A stretch of DNA of 64,000 nt from contig NC_043004.1 in the NCBI RefSeq assembly GCF_006345805.1, positions 76,136,001 to 76,200,000 on the forward strand, written 5' to 3'. Position 1 is the first letter of the stretch; each line of letters begins with the position of its first letter. This DNA is from Octopus sinensis (taxonomy: Eukaryota). A program made the position numbers and the translations under genes. Of this stretch, positions 1-13,560 are shown in pieces. A model generated the notes under the pieces. That model saw only the letters and a program-made list of their open reading frames with translations. It had not been told where the DNA came from and did no database searches.

Positions 1-1162
1 AAAAAAGGGACAACAAAATATCCAGACAAACAATACAAGGAAAACAAAGATGGATCATTCGGAGTTTTCTCTCCTCAGTCGAGTTCCAGATTATCTTTGC
101 AATTTTGGTAAGTTATATCTGCGATTGCTCCAATCTGGCCAGCCCTAAGGTAAAAATAAACTAAGAGCATTATATATATATATATATATATAATATGAAA
201 ATCCTGTTACACTCTCCAGATTCACAGGATGCTTATGAACTCACTTATGCCACATTCTGTGAATTCATTGTCATGTCATAAGCTATCTCTTTTGGGTTTT
301 TTTTCACAATGAACTCTATGCCAGCATTTAAACATTCTATCTTATTTACTCATGCATAAGTCACCTTATTTAATACTTGATTGTAAATGAAAAACAAAAA
401 CAAACTGGGGTGTGACTTGTATATGGGGCAAAGCAAAAACTATGAAAGGAAAACATTTCACACTCAATTAGGGATGTGGCTTATAAACATAAATAAACAT
501 GCTATACAAAAAGGCTCAGGCCCACCCGTATTTGATAATATTCAAGTATATATATATATATACCTGCGTCTATATATATGTGTGTATATACATATACATA
601 TATATATATAAATAAAAATGGAATAAAAACGCAATAGAGGGCATTAAAATGTTCGGACAGATAGACAATACAAAGACAGACAAGAGAAGCAACAATTAGA
701 AGGACAGGCAAAAAAGACGGATCATTCTTGGCTTTCTTTCATCAGTCAAATCTCAGAAGTCACGACCATTTCGGACAGTTACACTTGAGATGCTTTGATC
801 TGGTTGCTCCCAAAAGAGTCTAAGCTAAGAGCATTAGACCCCTTTGTAAGAAAGCTAGCGAATTTGTACAGCAACAAAGACAAAAAAAACAAATAAAAAA
901 AAATAAAAATGGAGAACATGGTAAACAATTACGAATACAAAGAAGAAATAACAACAGGCATCTTTCGACTGAGGACAATTCAAATTGAGTTGGCATTTTG
1001 AAGTGAAAGCCTAAAGGCAGGAACTTGATAGATTATGCAACCATCTAAGGGATAGTTGTATCCATAGCCACACCTGGTCTATTACCTCTCTATGTATAGT
1101 CCTAGCTCTAAGGTATACACTAGTAGGTAATTTAAAGGTAAAACTGTGGTTTAATATATATA

Positions 1163-1197
<35 letters not shown>

Positions 1198-1386
1198 ACC
1201 CATGTATGTATATATGTAAGTATGTATATATCTCCAACAATAGAGAGCAGTTGCCATATTCCCTTCCATATCGGCTATCTCTGATGAGCATTAAGTTGTA
1301 TAATCATATTGTTACGTAACACTCCATTGTATTCTTTACGTGAAACCAATTGGTAAGACCAATGTGTGTGTGTGTGTGTGTATGTA

Positions 1387-1420
<34 letters not shown>

Positions 1421-1481
1421 ATATATATATATTATATTATATTATTTATTATTTAATTGAATGTGACAAATCCATTTCCAA

Positions 1482-1545
<64 letters not shown>

Positions 1546-1850
1546 CTTGGTGACCTCACCAGTGCTGGTGCCATGTAAAAAGCACCAGGTACACTCTGTA
1601 AAGTGGTTTGCATTAGGAAGGGCATTCAGCTGTAGAAACCATGCCAAAGTTAACAATAGAGCTGGAAATAGTTCTGTGGGTTGCCAGCTCCTGTCAAACT
1701 GTCCAACCCAGGCCAGCTTGGAAAGTAGAAATGATGCCTTACCAATCTATTGCATCAATGAGTAACTTGAACACATCTATAACATCTCAAGTAAATTCTT
1801 ATGTAACTCATACCTCAGACAACACATTGTGTGTATTTAAAAGAATGCAT

Positions 1851-2500
1851 TTGCAGCAGTGGCTATGTGGTAAGTAGCTTGCTTACCAACTACACGGTTC
1901 TGGGTTCAGACCCACTGTGTGGCACCTTGGGCAAGTGTCTTCTACTATAGCCTTGGGCAGACCAAAGCCATGTGAGTGGATTTGGAAGACGGAAACTGAA
2001 AAAAGCCTGTCATATATATACATATATATATATATATATATGCACCATCCTATCATAGTCGATGCCAGACCCCTCTGTCCCCTGTGCCAGTGACATATAA
2101 AAAAAGCACCCACTACACACTCGGAGTGGTTGGCATCAAGAAGGGCATCCAGTTGTAGAAACACTGCCAGATCAGACTGGAGCTTGGTGCAGCCTCCTGG
2201 CTTCCCAGATCCCAGCTGAACTGTCCAAACCATGCCAGCATGGAAAATGGACGTTAAACGATGATGATGATAATGATGTTGATGTATGTGTTTGTGCGTC
2301 TGTGTGTGTCCCCCTACCATTGCTTGACAACCGATGTTGGTGTGCTTACGCTCCCGTAACTTAGCAGTTCGGCAAAAGAGACCTATAGAATAAGTGCTAG
2401 GCTTACAAAAGAATAAGTCCTAGGGTCGATTTGCTCAACAAAAGGTGGTGCTCCAGCATGGCCACAGTCAAATTACAGAAACAAATAAAAGTATAAAAGA
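1851..2500 (+). mobile_element. tRNA-derived SINE family A with a nested family C element (~2050-2280) in its central microsatellite
   Basis: Head gtggctatgtggtaagtagcttgcttacc...ggcaccttgggcaagtgtcttc; 3' half ttgacaaccgatgttggtgtg...ccagcatggccacagtcaaa; A-rich tandem tail. Confidence 0.8.
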
Positions 2501-3305
2501 ATATATATATATATATATATAATATATATATATATTATATATATTAACATTTTCAATGCCACAGAGATAAATCTTTTCGCTTTTGTGAAATGAATATTTT
2601 ATTTTTCCTTGTCATGGATGGAATTGTGTCCTTCAAGACTTTACAAACCAGAATCAAGTGAGAAATAATCTTCTGTTTACATCTTTTACTCGTTTCAGTC
2701 ATTGGAGTATGGCCATGCTGGGGCACAACCTTGAAGGCTTTTTAGTACAAGTTATTTTAAAAGTCTGCTATTAATCTGTACTCTGAGTCTCTTTTGCCAA
2801 ACTGTTAAGTTACAGGGATGTAAACAAACTAACACCAGTTGTCAAACAGTGTATGTGCATATCAGAAAAATGTAGAAAAAAGATACAAATATACACACTT
2901 GCATGCAGGCATGCATAATATATGATGGGCTTCAGTACAGTTTCTGTCAACCAAATTCACTCAAAAGGCTTTAGTTTTGTTGGGTCATAGTCAGACATTT
3001 GCCCAAGGTACCACGCAATGGGACAGAACCCAAAACCACATGGTTGCAAAGGGAGCTTGTTAACAACATACATTTTATTGGGTACACATATATAGCATAT
3101 GCGTTTTGTTTAGGTGCCAAATTTACCACTGGATAACATCTCGGGAAAGCTCCCTATACAAATACCAAGTGTAGAAGAACATCTGAATGGAACCCCTGAA
3201 ATTTTGCAAATTAACAAAACACATACACTATGTATGTGTGACTGATAATGCTTTCAATCCTAAAACTGTTTTTAATTCATATTATATTTTATATATTTTA
3301 TTCTA

Positions 3306-3699
3306 TCTCTCTATATATAAAGCTGAAGTCGTCTGTGTATGGCAGGTTTGGTAACCTTCAACTAACACTATCTCCTCCGAGACCCTGCAGTGCAAGTTGA
3401 CCAAAATTGAGAGTATGATAGAAGAAGGCTTGCTCTACATTCCGTAGAAGAAAAAATTCAAATCGGACCATGTTAACACCAAAAATTATTTACATCAAAA
3501 AGGTACTTTTTTTTAATATGAAAATCCCTATTTATTACGATTTTTTTACTGCTGTGTCGCCATTTTTCGTTGTATTTCAACCAGGAAAATGTTCACTTAA
3601 AGAGAATAACAAGCTACATAATGCAAAATTTTTACTTTTCAAAAATTCCTATTCTAAAGGGTCGAAACAAATCCGAGCAACGCCGGGCGATACTGCTAG
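3306..3699 (+). mobile_element. Non-autonomous Helitron-like element
   Basis: A|TC(tc)tatatataaagctg start; 3' GC-rich hairpin-like ccgagcaacgccgggc then CTAG|T; no TSD. Close copy at 43288-43686. Confidence 0.75.
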
Positions 3700-4280
3700 T
3701 CATAATTAAACTTTCTCCTTTTTCAATACAATACCCCAACTTAGATGAAGGGTTTTGTCTTGCAACTTATTTGGCAACCTTAATGGTGCTGGTGCCACAA
3801 TAAAACAACCCAGTACACTGTGTAAGGTGGTTGATGTTAGGTAGGGCATCATGCAGTAGAAGCCATATTAAAGCAAACATTGGAGATCAGTGTAGCCATT
3901 GGGTTCATCAGCTTCTGTAAAACTGTCCAACCAATGCCAGCATGGAAAACAGACATTAAACGATGATGACGATGATTTTAAGTAATAGTTATTAAAAAAA
4001 ACAAAGCAATTACCAGCAGATGTCTTAACAGTTATTTTAGGATTTCCAAGATATTCTAAGTATGTATTGATAAGAACCAACAAAACCGAATTTGTGTTTA
4101 CAAGTGAGAAAACAGCATATAGCAATGTCATATATGTTAACCCTTTTGACACTGGCTTGTCTGGGACTGCTTCTAGTTTTACAACACAAAGTGGTCTGTT
4201 TTGGAGCATTTGTGGTTTTTCTAAATATAAACCTTTTACCATTTTATGTTAGAAGTTTTAGCCAGTTAAGCCATTATTGG

Positions 4281-4319
<39 letters not shown>

Positions 4320-4561
4320 ATTCTGTAAATAATGATAATATTTTATAAGCTTAAAGTTCATAAGCGATTGTCGTGTATTGACTAAAAAAAACAGTCTAAT
4401 ACGGGGTCATATAATCCCTCAGTGGAAAGAAGTGGGTTTTCTGCCCCAACATTAGACTATTTTCTGTAGTCAATACACAATGATCACGTATGAGCTTTAA
4501 GCTTATAAAATATTATTATTATTTACAAAATTGTCACTTTTTAAATCAACACAAACATATA

Positions 4562-4610
<49 letters not shown>

Positions 4611-6184
4611 CATACACACACACACACACATATACACAGATATATATATATAAGTATGCATACATATATTTTTTAACAAGTATGTATGTATATGCATATA
4701 CATACACACGCATATATGCTTATGCTCATACACATACATATGGTGGCTGTCCGTTGGTTACGACGAAGAGGGTTCCAGTTGATCCGATCAACGGAGCAGC
4801 ATGCTCATAAAATTAACGTGCAAGTGGCTGAGCACTCCACAGACACGTGTACCGTTAACAAAGTTCTCAGGGAGATTCAGCATGATACACAGTGTGACAA
4901 GGCTGGCCCCTTTGAAATACAGGTACAACAGAAACAGGAAGACAGAGTAAGAGAAAGTTGTGGTGAAAGAGTACAGCAGGGTTCGCCACCACCCCTGCTG
5001 GAGCCTCGTGGAGCTTTAGGTGTTTTTGCTCAATAAACACTTACAACGCCGGATCTGGGAATTGAAACTACGATCCAATGACCGCGAGTGTGTTGCCCTA
5101 ACCATAGTGCCTCCACACATACATATAGTTTGGCAGGTTAGCTTGTTCAAAATGATATAAAATATCACACAGATTATCTGAGTATAGAAGTCTATATTTC
5201 TCATATAGAGCTGTCAATGTTTATCTGTTATTATGTCAACAAATTTGAAAATATGTTTCTTTCTAAGAAATCATCAGAGCATAATTTGTATTGTCATGCT
5301 CTAATGATTTTCAAGAAAGAAACTTACTAAAAATCTGAAAAAACATATCAAATAAATATATGAATCATCATCATCATCATCATCATATAACGTCTGCTTT
5401 CCATGCTAGCATGGGTTATGAAATATATGAACATACAAAACACACACACATATACATTGTATACGTCTATGTTTCCATGCTCGCATCATTCTGAAGGAAT
5501 TTTTTTGTGGTAGATTCTCAGATGTGCCTCCTGTTGCCAACCCTTGCTTGTTTCTAAGGAAGGTAATTTTTCATTATGGCCAAATATATTTTTGCAGAAT
5601 ATTATAATTGGTCTTAAAATTAATAAAGAATTTCGTAAAATAACTTTGTCATTACTCCTGAGGTGTTTGGAAAATTAATTAACATGAAATTTTGATAGAA
5701 TACATTAATTTAGATCACTTTAACTCTTTTGTTACCATATTGCTGTCAAAACACACAGCATTTCTTCCAATTAATTTTGAAAGTAATGAAGAATTATTTT
5801 GTAAACTAACTTTGCCATTATTAATCTGGTGTTTGGAATATAAATTAACATGGAATGGTTTAATTTAGATAATTTTAAAATACAAAGTTTGTAACATCAA
5901 ACCAAAGGTCATCTCAAAGACAGGTTGCTACTAAAAAGGGTCAAAAAGTCACACAAAACATATACACAATATTTGATATGGTTTCTTTGTTATCATCATT
6001 TAATGTCCATTTTCTATGCTGGCATGGGTTGGACGGTTTGACACGGTTAGGGTTAGAGTTAGGGTTAGGTTATATGGAAGACTGCATCAGACTTCAGTCT
6101 GTTTTGGCAGGATTTTTATGGCTGGATGCCCTTTCGTAACACCAACCACCTTACAGAGTGGACCCCTAATTCATTTGACTGCAT

Positions 6185-6580
6185 GGCATGGCTGTGTAGT
6201 TAAGAGGTTTACTTCCCAACCTCATGGCTTCAGGTTCAGACCCATTGCATGGTACCATGGGCAAGTATCTTCTACTATAGCCTTAGGTCAACCAAAGACT
6301 TGTGAGTGGATTTGGTAGACAGAAACTGAAAGAAGCCCTTTGTATATATATATATATATATGTACGTATGTATGTATTTGTGAGTCTGTGTTTGTCCCCA
6401 CCACCATCGCTCGACAACCGATGTTGGTGTATTTACATCCCCGTAACCTAGCAGTTCGGTAAAAGAGACCGATAGAATAAGTACTAGGTTTACAAAGAAT
6501 AGGTCCTGGGGTTGTTTTGTTCGACTAAAGGCAGTGCTTCAGCATGGCCACAGTCAAACAATTAACAGAATAGAAGAATA
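6185..6580 (+). mobile_element. SINE family A
   Basis: Same head, central (TA/TG)n and 3' half as 11043-11480. Confidence 0.8.
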
Positions 6581-7015
6581 TATATATATATAGATGTATG
6601 TGTGTGTATACAGTAATCACTCACCATATCAAGGTTTACCTATCACGCCCTCAATACATTGCAGATTTTTCTGGCTAATATATGTAAATTTATATTGCGG
6701 ACCCCTCAGTATATCATGGGTTTCGGTGGCTAATAAGTATCTATATTTTTTTAGATCTTAATTATTTCTGTGGTAAAATGAGCCTAAAAATTAATAAATA
6801 AAAATACAGTACAGTACTGCAGTGAATAACACATCAATTAAAATATATAAAAAGAAAATACGTAGTGTATCATAGATGAGTAACTAAAGAATCTCACATG
6901 CTGTATGGAAAATGAAACTCGGAGGTGAGTGTGTGGTGTTGTTTGCATTTGTGTGTAAAATTGTGAATTTATTTCAAGCCCTACGATATCGCCCAAATGT
7001 TCTGCACCTTTTTAA

Positions 7016-7235
7016 CCCTTTCGTTACTGCATTTATTTTGAGATGCTCTGTGTTTCTTTCAATTACTTTAAATATAACAAAGAATTTAGTAAAATAACTT
7101 AGTTATTATTCAGCTAGTGTTAGGAACATAAATTGTGACTAAGGTTTGGTGGAAGATTTTAATTCAAAACTTATGAAAACAAGACATTTGTACTCAGAGC
7201 CAGAGCCGGTTTCAGCCGGGTTGGTAATGAAAGGG
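7016..7235. mobile_element. piggyBac-like MITE (TTAA TSD, CCC...GGG ends)
   Basis: TTAA|ccctttcgttac ... gtaatgaaaggg|TTAA; second copy at 27102-27322. Confidence 0.75.
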
Positions 7236-7270
7236 TTAAAGCTTAAATATATAAAAATAATAAAATAAAT

Positions 7271-7524
7271 AATTGCAGAGTGGAAGGTGTTTGTAAGCCA
7301 TTTAAGAAACACACAAAAGCCATTCGATTCACTTCAACATTTAAGTTTAATTTGTCAAAATATTTTCGTCGCTTTAAGACCGTGACCTGTTCACTGACAA
7401 GAACAGGTCGCAGTCTTAAAGCGACGAAAATATTTTTCAACAAATTAAACTTAAATGTTGAAGTGAATCGAATGGCTTTTGTGTGTTTCTTAAATGGCTT
7501 ACAAACACCTTCCACGCTGCAATT
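7271..7524. mobile_element. Fold-back MITE with ~120-bp near-perfect arms
   Basis: aattgcagagtggaaggtgtttgtaagccatttaag...gacctgttc-actgacaa-gaacaggtc...cttaaatggcttacaaacaccttccacgctgcaatt. Confidence 0.85.
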
Positions 7525-8550
7525 GTTTTCGTTTGAGCACACGATCTCAGATCAGATCACTTGCTATGCAAGTACATCTCCGTAATAATAAAATAGATAT
7601 ATACAAATTATAAGAATAGTAAAAAAAAGTACACAGTACAGTAATGTTTTGACTTGGTGGATTTTCACCTATTGCGGTGGGTTTTAGAATGTAACACCTG
7701 CAATAGTCGAGGGATCACTGTACACATATATGTACACGTGCACAAATGTATACATTGTATGTATTTTTTGCTCTTTACCGTTCAGTGACACAAAAAACTT
7801 AGACACGACAGCCATGCAGCTGTGCACTTGAAATGGAGAAGTCAATAAAGAAGGCATTTCAACTAAAAAGAACATTTGCATGTGTGTGCTGTTAGCTGAG
7901 AGGTGCTAAAAATAGTCGAGGTCTTTTAATGATGATTAATATTATCTGTTGAGGAGAGGGTGGTGTTGGTGGGGCAGGGGTTCAAATAGTTGAATAGGTG
8001 CACGCATGGCTGTATGGGTAAAGAGTTCACTTTACAACTGCATTGTTTCATGTTCAGTCCAACTGCACAGCACCTTGAGCAGGTGTTTTCTATTATATCC
8101 CTGGGAAACTGTGTGGAAGCCTGCTGTATACATCATCATTTATGCACATTGTGTTGTGTGTGTCTTTATGTCTGTTCCCCACCACCGTTTGACAACCACA
8201 ATTGGTGTGTACACGCCCCCTTAACCTAGCAGTTCGGCAAAAGAGGCTGATATAAGTACCAGGATTTAAGAAAATAAGTATTAGGGTCAATTCATTCGAC
8301 AAGTATTCTTCAAGGTGGCAGCCCCAGCGTGGCTGCAGTTTAATGGCTGAAACAACTAAAAGGACAACAGATACATGTGGACACATAACTTCTACTTCAC
8401 GTAATTGAGTAACCCTTTCCGCCTTAATTCAGATCTCTCTACCTCCACTCCCTGCACCATCTCCCCGCCTAGGCGCATATATGATGATGATGATATATAT
8501 ATATATATACACACATATATGTGTGTGTGTGTATGTATATTTGGAGGACA

Positions 8551-8697
8551 GGGAATCACTTGGCTCATCCATCAATGAAGAGCGTGGCTATCCACGTGAA
8601 CTGATGTGAATTGCAGGACTCAGTGAACATCGACACCTTGAATGCACATTGCGGCCCTGGGATCCCATCATCTCGTGGCTCCGTCCTGTCTAGAGGT
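8551..8697 (+). pseudogene. 5.8S rRNA pseudogene (dispersed, CpG-decayed)
   Basis: ggaatcacttggctcatccatcaatgaagagcgtggcta...gatgtgaattgcaggactcagtgaacatcgacaccttgaatgcacattgcggccctggg...cctgtctagaggt is colinear with the metazoan 5.8S (ggatcactcggctcg...tcgatgaagaacgcag...tgtgaattgcaggacac..gaacatcgac...ttgaacgcacattgcggcc...cctgtctgagggt). No 18S, 28S or ITS context is visible. Confidence 0.85.
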
Positions 8698-8707
8698 ATA
8701 TTTAAGT

Positions 8708-9350
8708 GAAGGCACATGGTTCAGTGGTTAGAGCATCGAGCTTGCGATCGTGAGGTTGTGAGCTCGAATCCCGGACCGGGCCGCGTGTTGTGTTCTTGAG
8801 CAAGACACTTTATTTCACTTTGCTCCAGTTCACACAGCTGTAGAAATGAGTTGTGACATCACTAGTGCCAAGCTGTATCAGTCCTTGCCTTTCCCTTGGA
8901 TAACACTGGTGGCGTGGAGAGGTGAAGCCGGTATGCATGGGCGACTGCTGGTCTTCCATAAAACAATCTTGCCCAGACCTGTGCCTGGGAAGGTAACTTT
9001 CTAGGTGTAATCCCACGGTCAGTCATGACTGAAGGGGGTCTCAGCTGTATATTTGTGAAGGTACATGGCTTAGTGGTTAGGGTGTTGCACTCGTGATTGC
9101 GAGATCGTGGGTTCAAGTCCCAGACCAGGCGTTGCGTTGTGTGCTTCAGCAGAAGCACTTCATTTCACATTGCTCTGCGATCATTTCAACATCTGACATG
9201 TGGCACCCAGTTGCACCTGTACAGGTAATGTCGATTTGATGGAAGGAGTGAGCTTACGTCTACACAAACATTTAATCTATAAACAAATCATCTGTGTGGT
9301 TGTTTGGTAAGAAATTGTCGAACCCTCATATGCCGTCTAACGATGGGAGA
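8708..9350 (+). mobile_element. Two tandem tRNA-derived SINEs (family D; ~8708-9040 and ~9056-9350)
   Basis: A-box/B-box-like heads tggttcagtggttagagc...gagctcgaatccc and tggcttagtggttagggt...ggttcaagtccc, followed by ttgagcaagacactt. Confidence 0.75.
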
Positions 9351-10319
9351 GTCCATTTTATATATATATATATGTATATATAGACATCTATACAGGTACA
9401 TGCAGACACATATTTTGCAATACTCAAAACTGGAAAAGAAAGGTAAAAAATGGCAACAACAACAAGAAGTAATAACGACTAGCTAATTGGTAAAAGCAAC
9501 ACGTTTCTTGCTATGTTCTAGACTCATTAACGTGAAGTAGCAAATATTAGTTTAAGCGAGACGCTTGCAACCACCAACCAATCTAAATATTTTCAAACAT
9601 AGTGATCCAACAAAGGTGTTCCTATGTGGTCACACGACCTGCTAGAAATAAAAACCAAATCTCACTTGAATCACAACCTGCCATCCTAAGTAAAAATAAA
9701 AAAATTAAAAAAAGAAAGTAGAGCAAGAGGGGGAGAGATGGGGGAGGATAAATGGAAAAAATTAATGATACATAAACAAATGTTACTTTTTTCCTTTCAA
9801 GTATGTAAGCAGCATTACCAAAAGTATTTTAAGGACATTGGCTACAACCCAACAACTGAACTCAATAAAAGATATATACACAGGCACACTTATATGTATG
9901 TATGCTTGCTTCTCAACCCTGTTGCCTCAGGTTCAATCCCATATGCAGTACTTTTGGCAAGTGTCTTCTGTTATAGCCTCGAACCAACCATAACCTTATG
10001 AGTCGATTTGGTGGAAAGAATTTGAAAGAAGCTCATTGTATGTATGTATACACACACACACAATCATCATCATTATCATCATCATCATCATCATTTAATG
10101 TCTGTCTTGGCTGACCAGGTAGAAGACTCACCCAAGGTACTGTGTCGGTTTTGACATAGTTTTTACAGCTGGATGCCCTTCCTAACACCAACCACCCTAT
10201 AGAGTGAACTGAATGCTTTTTATGTGGCACCAGCTCAGGTGAGGTCAGTTTTTCGGCATGGTTTTTACAGCTGGATGCTCTTCCAAATGCAAACCACTTC
10301 ACAATGTAGACTGGATGCG

Positions 10320-10355
<36 letters not shown>

Positions 10356-11042
10356 GTACTGGCTCCTGTGCTGGTGGCATGTAAAAAGCACCATCCAAAT
10401 GTGGCTGATGCCAGCTCCACCCGTACTGGCTCCTATGCTGGTGGCACATAAAAAGCACCATCTGATCATTGTCAATGTCAGCCCCCGCCCCCCCGGTGTC
10501 AGTGGCATGTAAAAAAAGCACTCACTACACTCTTGGAGTGGTTGCCATTAGGAAGGGCATTCAGCTGTAGAAACATTGCCAGATCAGACTGGGGCCTGGT
10601 GCAGCCTCCTGGTTTCCCAGACCCCAGTCGAACCGTCCAACCTATGCTAGCATGGAAAACGGACGTTAAACGATGATGATGATGATGATATATCAATTGC
10701 TGGTAGGGGTGCTATATTTCATTATGCAACCATATTATACACCCAAATATATTATGAGTCACTATCGTGTCCTCCCTGTGTTAGCAGTGCGATTCAGTCA
10801 CTCTCTACAGTTATCCCTAACAGAGTTGCCCAGAATGTGTGTAATATGTAAAACTGGTCCATCCAATTATTGCTAAATTTAAGGAATGTGTTTATGGATG
10901 CTTAATGTGTTGGATATGGTGCTGAATCATATTTATTTATGTAATTATTTATATAATATTTTATGCAACAGTACGATGTGGAAAACATAGCAGCCAACAG
11001 CTGTTGGCACTGCGCAGAAACAATTGTTGTGATTTGTGATTA

Positions 11043-11218
11043 TAGGCGTGGGAGTGACTGTATGGTAAGTAGCTTGCTTACGAACCACATGGTTCCGGGT
11101 TCAGTTCCACTGCATAGCACCTTGGGCAAGTGTTTTCTACTACAGCCTCGGGCTGGCCAAAGCCATGTGAGTGGATTTGGTAGACGGAAACTGAAAGAAG
11201 CCCGTTGTATATATGTAC

Positions 11219-11263
<45 letters not shown>

Positions 11264-11480
11264 TATGCTTGTATGTCTGTGTTTGCTCCCCCAACATCGC
11301 TTGACAACCGATGCTTGTGTGTTTACGTCCCCGTAACTTAGCGGTTTGGCAAAAGAGCCCGATATAATAAGTACTAGGCTTACAAAGAATAAGTTCTGGG
11401 GTCGATTTGCTCAACTAAAAGGCGGTGCTCCAGCATGGCCACAGTCAAAAGACTGAAACGAGTAAAAGAGTAAAGAGAGT
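11043..11480 (+). mobile_element. SINE family A, near full length
   Basis: ggcgtgggagtgactgtatggtaagtagc...gaaagaagcccg-(TA)(TG)n-tgtctgtgtttgctccccc...gactgaaacgagtaaaagagtaaagagag. Confidence 0.85.
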
Positions 11481-11947
11481 ATGGAATCCACTGAGTCAAA
11501 TGCAATGGTTCATAATTCTATTTTTAAACAGTTAATAGTTTCCTAGTTTCTTACAAAACTATTGACAGCTTATAAATAAACACCGAGTGGCTGAGTGTGT
11601 GTGTGCCATGTGATCAACAAGAGTATGTCGTTAAGGTAAATTAAGTTTCTATGTGTACAAGCTATTTTCCCAGCATTTCTGCAAATTGCTTGTGTGTGTG
11701 TGTGTGTGTGGAGTTTTAGGTCAAGTGTATATAGGTTAAGTGCATGTCAAGCAGTAGGTCTTAACTTGGAGGACAGAGGCTGTTCCAGATTGGAGAGTAA
11801 GAAATGATCTCATGGATGTGACATAGATCTTACATTAAAATCTAACAAAAAGAAAAAAAATATATTGGTCACAAAAAGAACAAAAAAAAAACTACTTCTA
11901 TTTAGATTTTTAAAAAATGAAAAATTGAGACAAGAAATTATATATAT

Positions 11948-11994
<47 letters not shown>

Positions 11995-12124
11995 TGTCGT
12001 CGTTTAATGTCCGTTTTCCATGCTATATATATTATATATTATATATATATATAATCAGAGTAGAAACATGCAATCCAGATATAACCAGCAAACTGATGGA
12101 CCTTTTGGAGAGAAATATTCTTTT

Positions 12125-12330
12125 CTATTCTAGGCACAGGGCCCGAAATTTTTGGGGACCAAGCCAGTCAATTAGATCGACCCCAGTATGCAACTGGTAC
12201 TTAATTTATCAACCCCGAAAGGATGAAAGGAAAAGTCAACCTCGGGGGAATTTGAACTCAGAATGTAAAGACAGATGAAATACCGCTAAGCATTTCGCCT
12301 GGCGTGCTAACGTTTCTGCCAGCTTGCTCC
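12125..12330 (-). mobile_element. SINE family B with ~17-bp TSD
   Basis: Core ccccgaaaggatgaaaggaaaagtcaacctcgg; flanked by ttttggagagaaatatt on both sides. Confidence 0.85.
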
Positions 12331-12519
12331 CTTTTTGGAGAGAAATATTAGAAGATGAGCATACTTTCATTTTAAAGGACATGGCTGATATTTAATGATT
12401 GAATACCATTTATCCTGGATACGTTTATTACAGAGGAGGGATTTAAGAAAGTTTGGGTGATTCACAACACATTGAATAAGGTACTGAAAGTATTACAGTA
12501 TACCATCAATTTCAAAAGT

Positions 12520-12585
12520 TCAGTTTTATATATATATATACACACACACATATAAATATATACATACGAATATATATACATACAT

Positions 12586-12630
<45 letters not shown>

Positions 12631-12671
12631 AATATATACATATATGTATATATATATATATATATAATATA

Positions 12672-12710
<39 letters not shown>

Positions 12711-13041
12711 CATACATACATACACACATATATACATATGTGTGGTGTGTGTGTAATTTAACAGGTAGACTGAAGACATTCTTTGCAATTCAGAGACAGA
12801 CCAAAACCTTCCCTATTTCTCTTGCTCATTTATTTATTTTTCACCTGATAGTGTTCCCAGAATCAGCAACTGGTCCTTAATATCTCCCTTGTCATTCTCC
12901 CCCACCCCTCCCACCTCCTTAACCATTCCTTTCTACATATTTTAGCTGTTCCTGTTTTAACTTAGATGAAGTTTACTTGCAGAATCTGCTGTTCAGTATG
13001 TATGTCCAAATGTATGTGCATGCGTGTATATATATATATGC

Positions 13042-13087
<46 letters not shown>

Positions 13088-13390
13088 GTCCCACCTATGC
13101 TAGCATGGAAGGCGGATGTTAAACAATGATAATGATGATAGTATGTGTATGTGTGTGTGTGTGTGTATATATATATTTATATATATATATGTGTGTGTGT
13201 ATATATATGTGTATGTGTATATGCATATATATATGTGTGTGTGTGTGTATATATGCATATATATGTGCATGCATATATATATATATGTATATATATATAC
13301 ACACACATACACACATATATACACATATATTATGTATGTGTGTGTATATATGCGTAAATATATGTATATATGCATATATATGTGTGTGTG

Positions 13391-13439
<49 letters not shown>

Positions 13440-13560
13440 ATACATTATACTTGCATATATGTGTGTGTGTGTGTATGTATATGTATATATACATACACAC
13501 ACACACACATATTATATATATATATACACATATATCCATATATATCCATATACATGCACA
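12520..13560. repeat. Compound (TA)n/(TG)n/(CA)n microsatellite blocks
   Basis: Direct reading; source of the YI/CV/HT ORFs. Confidence 0.9.

Larger units (their letters stand above)
6611..7720. mobile_element. pogo/Tigger-like non-autonomous TIR element with nested insertions
   Basis: TA|cagtaatcactcaccatatc ... atagtcgagggatcactg|TA: imperfect TIRs with a TA TSD. Confidence 0.65.

Noticed and set aside
3110-3245. Possible plus-strand exon (ttttgtttag|VPNLPLDNISGKLPIQIPSVEEHLNG...)
   Set aside because: It is short, has no recognisable domain, no convincing donor and no partner exons; consistent with chance.
8551-8697. Functional rDNA unit
   Set aside because: No 18S, ITS or 28S flanks are present, and multiple CpG-decay substitutions affect conserved positions.
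8708-8790. tRNA genes at SINE heads (also ~9056, 11043, 50615, 59474)
   Set aside because: A/B-box-like motifs are present, but no complete cloverleaf is evident and each continues into a repeated SINE body.
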